A program made the translations under genes and the position numbers. From the NCBI GenBank assembly GCA_964276515.1, contig OZ193909.1:14012001-14076000 (forward strand): DNA of 64,000 bases, read 5' to 3'. Numbering within the stretch: position 1 is the first letter of the stretch; every line of letters begins with the position of its first letter. Shown here in pieces: positions 60,901-64,000 of the stretch. Below the pieces are notes generated by a model. That model did not search any database and was not told the DNA's origin. It saw only the letters and a list, made by a program, of their open reading frames with translations. The DNA comes from Gordius albopunctatus. Its lineage: Eukaryota.

Positions 60901-63260
60901 GCACTTCAGTTCCTGCTGAGAGATTATTTTCTGCTGCATCGAACATAGTCTCACCAAGAAAAGAAAACAGATTTCGTCCTCTTCTGTCAATTATATTTTA
61001 TGCTTAAGGGATTGGGCAAATTTATAATTTGTGACATTATTATTTAATAAATTTTTATTTTATACTTGTGAATTATCGTGGGGTTATTGCAAATTAAATA
61101 TTGAAGATATTTTAAGTTTGAAGATTAAATATGATTATTAAGAATAATTCAAATTACTATGTATACAACCTAAGTTAGTAAGATTATGTAAAAGTAATTT
61201 TTATATGTCAAGGTGTCACCTGTTTCACATGGAACAGGTGAAAAAATATTATTTTCGAGTTTAAAACTTTTTTTAGTCCTATAATGAACCAATTTGCAGA
61301 AAAAAATATTCATTTAAATAGATATTAAAGATTTTGACATTTGTCACCTGTTTCACATTTAACAGGTGAAAAAAAATATTTTTATAATACACCTTTAATG
61401 ATCAGCATCAATTATGCATCGCATACCAATTGGAACAAATTATAGGTTGATTATAACTAACAAGTATGATACTTTTCAATTAGTGACGTCATTTCATATT
61501 TCCTACAAAAATAAATAACTATTATATACAAAAATTTTAAAAACGTCACATATTTCCATACATAACCCAAAACGACCAAAACCAAACCAAAAGGTTACCA
61601 AAATAATTCACCTAAACGCCAAAGGTGTTTTTTTGTAAAAACGCCAAATGTCGACCAAAAAATTTCACCCAAACACCCTTGGTGTTAGGGGTGTGAGAAG
61701 CGCCAATACACCAAGGGTGAACCAAAAAATTTCACCCAAACATCCTTGGTGTATGGGTGTGAAAAGCGCCAATACACCAAGGGTGAACCAAAAAATTCAC
61801 CTAACACTGAAAGGGTTAGGCGTAATTTATACACCAATTACCAAGCTTGGCAACACGCTGGGAAAAACCAGCCAGCCGTTTTTACAACACTAGTGTGTAC
61901 CCCACGAATAAATGCTTAGTTGTAAAAAGTTAAAAAATGGGGCCAAATATACCCCACGAATGCTCTCGCGTTCGGGATTTTAAGGATACTCTCGATAGTT
62001 AAATAAAAGGAAGGGGGTGCTAAGCTAAGCTTTCTCGAAATTAAACTAAATATAGTTTTTTTTTAATTTTATTAATAAAGCACACTAAAAATACAGTTTT
62101 AAATACCATTTCTAATCAAATTGTGTTGAACCTACGGGAGGGATAAAAAATGTGCGTTAAAGGTGAAGCTGTGACCTTAAGGCAATTCAATCTAGAAATT
62201 TTCAAAAATAATCCATTTTATATAGAAAGTCACACCCTAATATAATTTAATTATACCCGAATTGCCCGAATCTTATCAAAGCGTGTTAAGACAGTTGTCC
62301 TGCCGGCCAGGTCGGGCATTCTGATCTCTGGCTGGTTGTTAACACGAGCTAAAATTCTCTCAAAAAATCTAATCCAACACGTTTCTACCCAATCCCATTG
62401 AAGGGAGAGAGAGCGAAAAAGCAATTAATCATCCTTTTACCCAATCAAAAGGGATGTTTGGAGTTACCACGCTGGCTACTGACACCCTACACAGGCCCTA
62501 GAACGTTAGGTATTCCTGCCCGTTCTCTTAATTCGTATGTGTCAATTTTGACCACATTTTAACCATTGCTACGTACCTCTACACCTGTTCCTTAAAACTG
62601 GGATGGTAGAGTAGTGTAAAAATGTGAAGGATTCCAATTTATTAAAAAAGTTTGACTCGTAATAGCCCCACCCCGTTATCAGTTACCATAATTCTTTTCG
62701 AAATATTTTATTGTAACCTCGGTAAATATATTGTTTACAAGCTTAAATTCACTCCAACCTCAATAATCCTCCACTAATATATATTTTTTAAAATTAAATT
62801 CAAAAAAAATCGACAAAAAACAACTAATCCCTCATTTATTAACATAAGCCTAGCTAGAATTCGTTTTGCGAGGAACGGGGACGGCGCGTATAAATGATGT
62901 TTTATCACAAACTTTTAACAATAATTTTATCCAAAATGGGGAGAATTTTTGGATTTGAAGGGGGAGGGGTAGACCCCAGGCGGCCCCTAACAGTTTCGCC
63001 CATATTCATTTACGTAATTAATTATTATCATCATTAAATCTTAGCTTACTTTGTTTAGGGAATAATTATAAAGCCTACCAAGAAATCGATTTGGTATTCT
63101 TTCTGGCCCGGCACAATTTTCGCGCAGCTCTCCAAATACGTTCTCGCTGTGGTAGCATCGCCATTTTTCGGTATTTCGTAAGTGTAGAGAGAATTAGATG
63201 CTGGCAAACAAGGGTTTTGATTGTATGCCGGAGGCGAATACATCGAAGAAATAACTTCAC
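45954..63260 (-). CDS. TRAPPC10: TRAPP complex subunit 10 (TMEM1/Trs130), 3' portion; 5' exons lie beyond those identified here
   Basis: Exons 63260-63079, 51285-50896, 50289-50071, 49531-49286, 48422-48281, 46988-46662, 46447-45954, phase-consistent. PLAGIQQ..LTTGSFSI; IFCPW..FYQPFTVGHTLHTCGPDKKYVQV; AVWAV; PLTRGYFPAP; AQVYNASLGIQYQVLP match remembered TRAPPC10 motifs. Confidence 0.85.
47914..48123. mobile_element. hAT-type MITE (CATGGGCGTAC subfamily)
   Basis: TIR CATGGGCGTAC...GTACGCCCATG; perfect TSD CAGTCGAA (47906-47913, 48124-48131). Confidence 0.88.
51923..52263 (-). mobile_element. Non-autonomous Helitron
   Basis: Minus strand begins TC and ends CTAG, between host A and T; hairpin GGCAAAA..TTTTGCC ~12 nt from the 3' end; internal (TA)n(CA)n; no TSD. 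Confidence 0.8.
52452..52735. repeat. Two tandem diverged end fragments of the CAGAGGTCAGA hAT family
   Basis: Both units (TCGGGCCGGGC..TAGAAGGGTTC..TCTGACCTC) are reverse-complementary to 55208-55320. Confidence 0.6.
56888..58716 (-). pseudogene. Inverted copy of the hAT transposase, 5' end lost in the gap
   Basis: ORFs 57743-58468, 57214-57672 and 56888-57145 translate identically to 59427-60152, 60223-60681 and 60750-61007. Confidence 0.7.
58717..58916. other. Assembly gap (200 N)
   Basis: Run of exactly 200 N, probably an arbitrary scaffold spacer. Confidence 0.98.
59035..61007 (+). CDS. Spliced hAT transposase (BED zinc finger, DDE, dimerization domain), 562 aa as modelled, probably impaired
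   Basis: Exons 59035-59194, 59350-60143, 60181-60659, 60697-60755, 60811-61007. BED CRHC..TSNLKYHYSSYH, LTLDVWS, ITNDNA, TRWNST, LLDPR, WW..YPKLS..SVPAERLFS. CxxH reads CLGE; likely frameshift in the last ~20 codons. Confidence 0.8.
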
Positions 63261-63589
63261 CTAAATATACGGTTTCAAAAACAAATTAATCCCATTCAAT
63301 GGGACACGTGTCGTGTTTATGAACTCCCACAAAAATTGACCATTTCACTTGCGTGTGAACTCGCATTTAACATTATTAATTACGAGCTCGCCCCAGACAC
63401 TTGACAATAATGGGGCGGGCGCATCATTTTTAATGATTTCTAAAGTTAAAAGATTTTATCCCTCGTAAAGGATATTTTTTTTTAGGTACGGAATAAAAAC
63501 AATACCTTTTAGCTTATTTACCAACGATAGAAGGCATCTTATTGAAACAGATGCATAGGATTTGTTATATGGTGTGTATTAATCGGCTT

Positions 63590-64000
63590 TAGAGATCTGC
63601 AGGGGCCGGGCCGGACCTGAAAATGAGCACTAAAAAAAGTGCGGACCGGGCTTGGGCTTTGATAAGTGAAAAAATTTAAATATATTAAACCCTATACTAT
63701 CATTATAGTATTGACACAACAAAATTCATTTATTATCCTGATGATAAAAAATTTATTTTTTCTAACAAAAATTTGCTATTTAAACAGTATTATTTTGAGG
63801 GAAAATTTAATATTATATTTTTCGCTAATTAAGTAAATTAATTCAATTCATTGTTTATTATTTCCCTCGCTTTTCAAATTCTTAGATTGCTTGATATTTG
63901 TTCCAAGATCTCATTGACGTTGTTTTAAGCTTTAAGGTAATTCATTAAAAAATTTTATTTTATAATTAATTAGTTTTAGCTACACTTCTCCTACTTATTA
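63590..64000. mobile_element. One end of another TAGAG-family hAT element (other end not seen)
   Basis: TAGAGATCTGCAGGGGCCGGGCCGG and CCGGGCTTGGGC subterminal motifs resemble the 9174 terminus; extent unknown. Confidence 0.45.

Larger units (their letters stand above)
56076..61892. mobile_element. hAT (Ac/ZBED-like) transposon with an internal ~2.6-kb inverted duplication around an N gap
   Basis: TIR TAGTGTTGTAAAAA; perfect TSD GTGTGTAC (56068-56075, 61893-61900); 56141-58716 is the reverse complement of 59179-61817. Confidence 0.9.
55877..61976. mobile_element. Short piggyBac-like non-autonomous element split by the hAT at 56076-61892
   Basis: TTAA|CCCACGAGAGCATTCGTGGG on the left; CCCCACGAATGCTCTCGCGTTCGGG..TTAA on the right (degenerate). 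Confidence 0.5.
55208..62330. mobile_element. Non-autonomous hAT element hosting two nested insertions
   Basis: TIR CAGAGGTCAGA...TCTGATCTCTG; perfect TSD GCTGGTTG (55200-55207, 62331-62338). Confidence 0.85.

Noticed and set aside
1..64000. Prokaryotic operon, defence system or retron-type RT system
   Set aside because: Genes are spliced metazoan genes, and the only RT is a typical RTE LINE with no associated ncRNA structure that I could see.

Overview
AT-rich, intron-containing animal (invertebrate-like) nuclear DNA, not prokaryotic; there is one 200-N scaffold gap at 58717-58916. Six host genes can be reconstructed by hand with GT-AG introns in consistent phase: the terminal exon of a BTB/BACK protein, a 538-aa Cys-rich type-I membrane protein (fend-like), a SKAP1/2-like PH+SH3 adaptor, a tetraspanin, a Ctr/SLC31 copper transporter and the 3' part of TRAPPC10. 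Between and inside them is a dense set of transposons: several hAT families and MITEs with 8-bp TSDs, an RTE LINE, CRE-like LINE tails, a non-autonomous Helitron and a tandem-repeat element with tRNA-like segments. The most unusual structures are (1) an inverted, eight-piece condensed copy of a hAT transposase next to its template inside one TSD-bounded element, (2) a ~5.8-kb hAT element whose interior is a ~2.6-kb-arm palindrome around the gap (real foldback or assembly artefact), and (3) two multi-level nested insertions. I see no clearly new protein-based system; the novelty candidates are transposon architectures. All family assignments come from motif recognition, with no database search.
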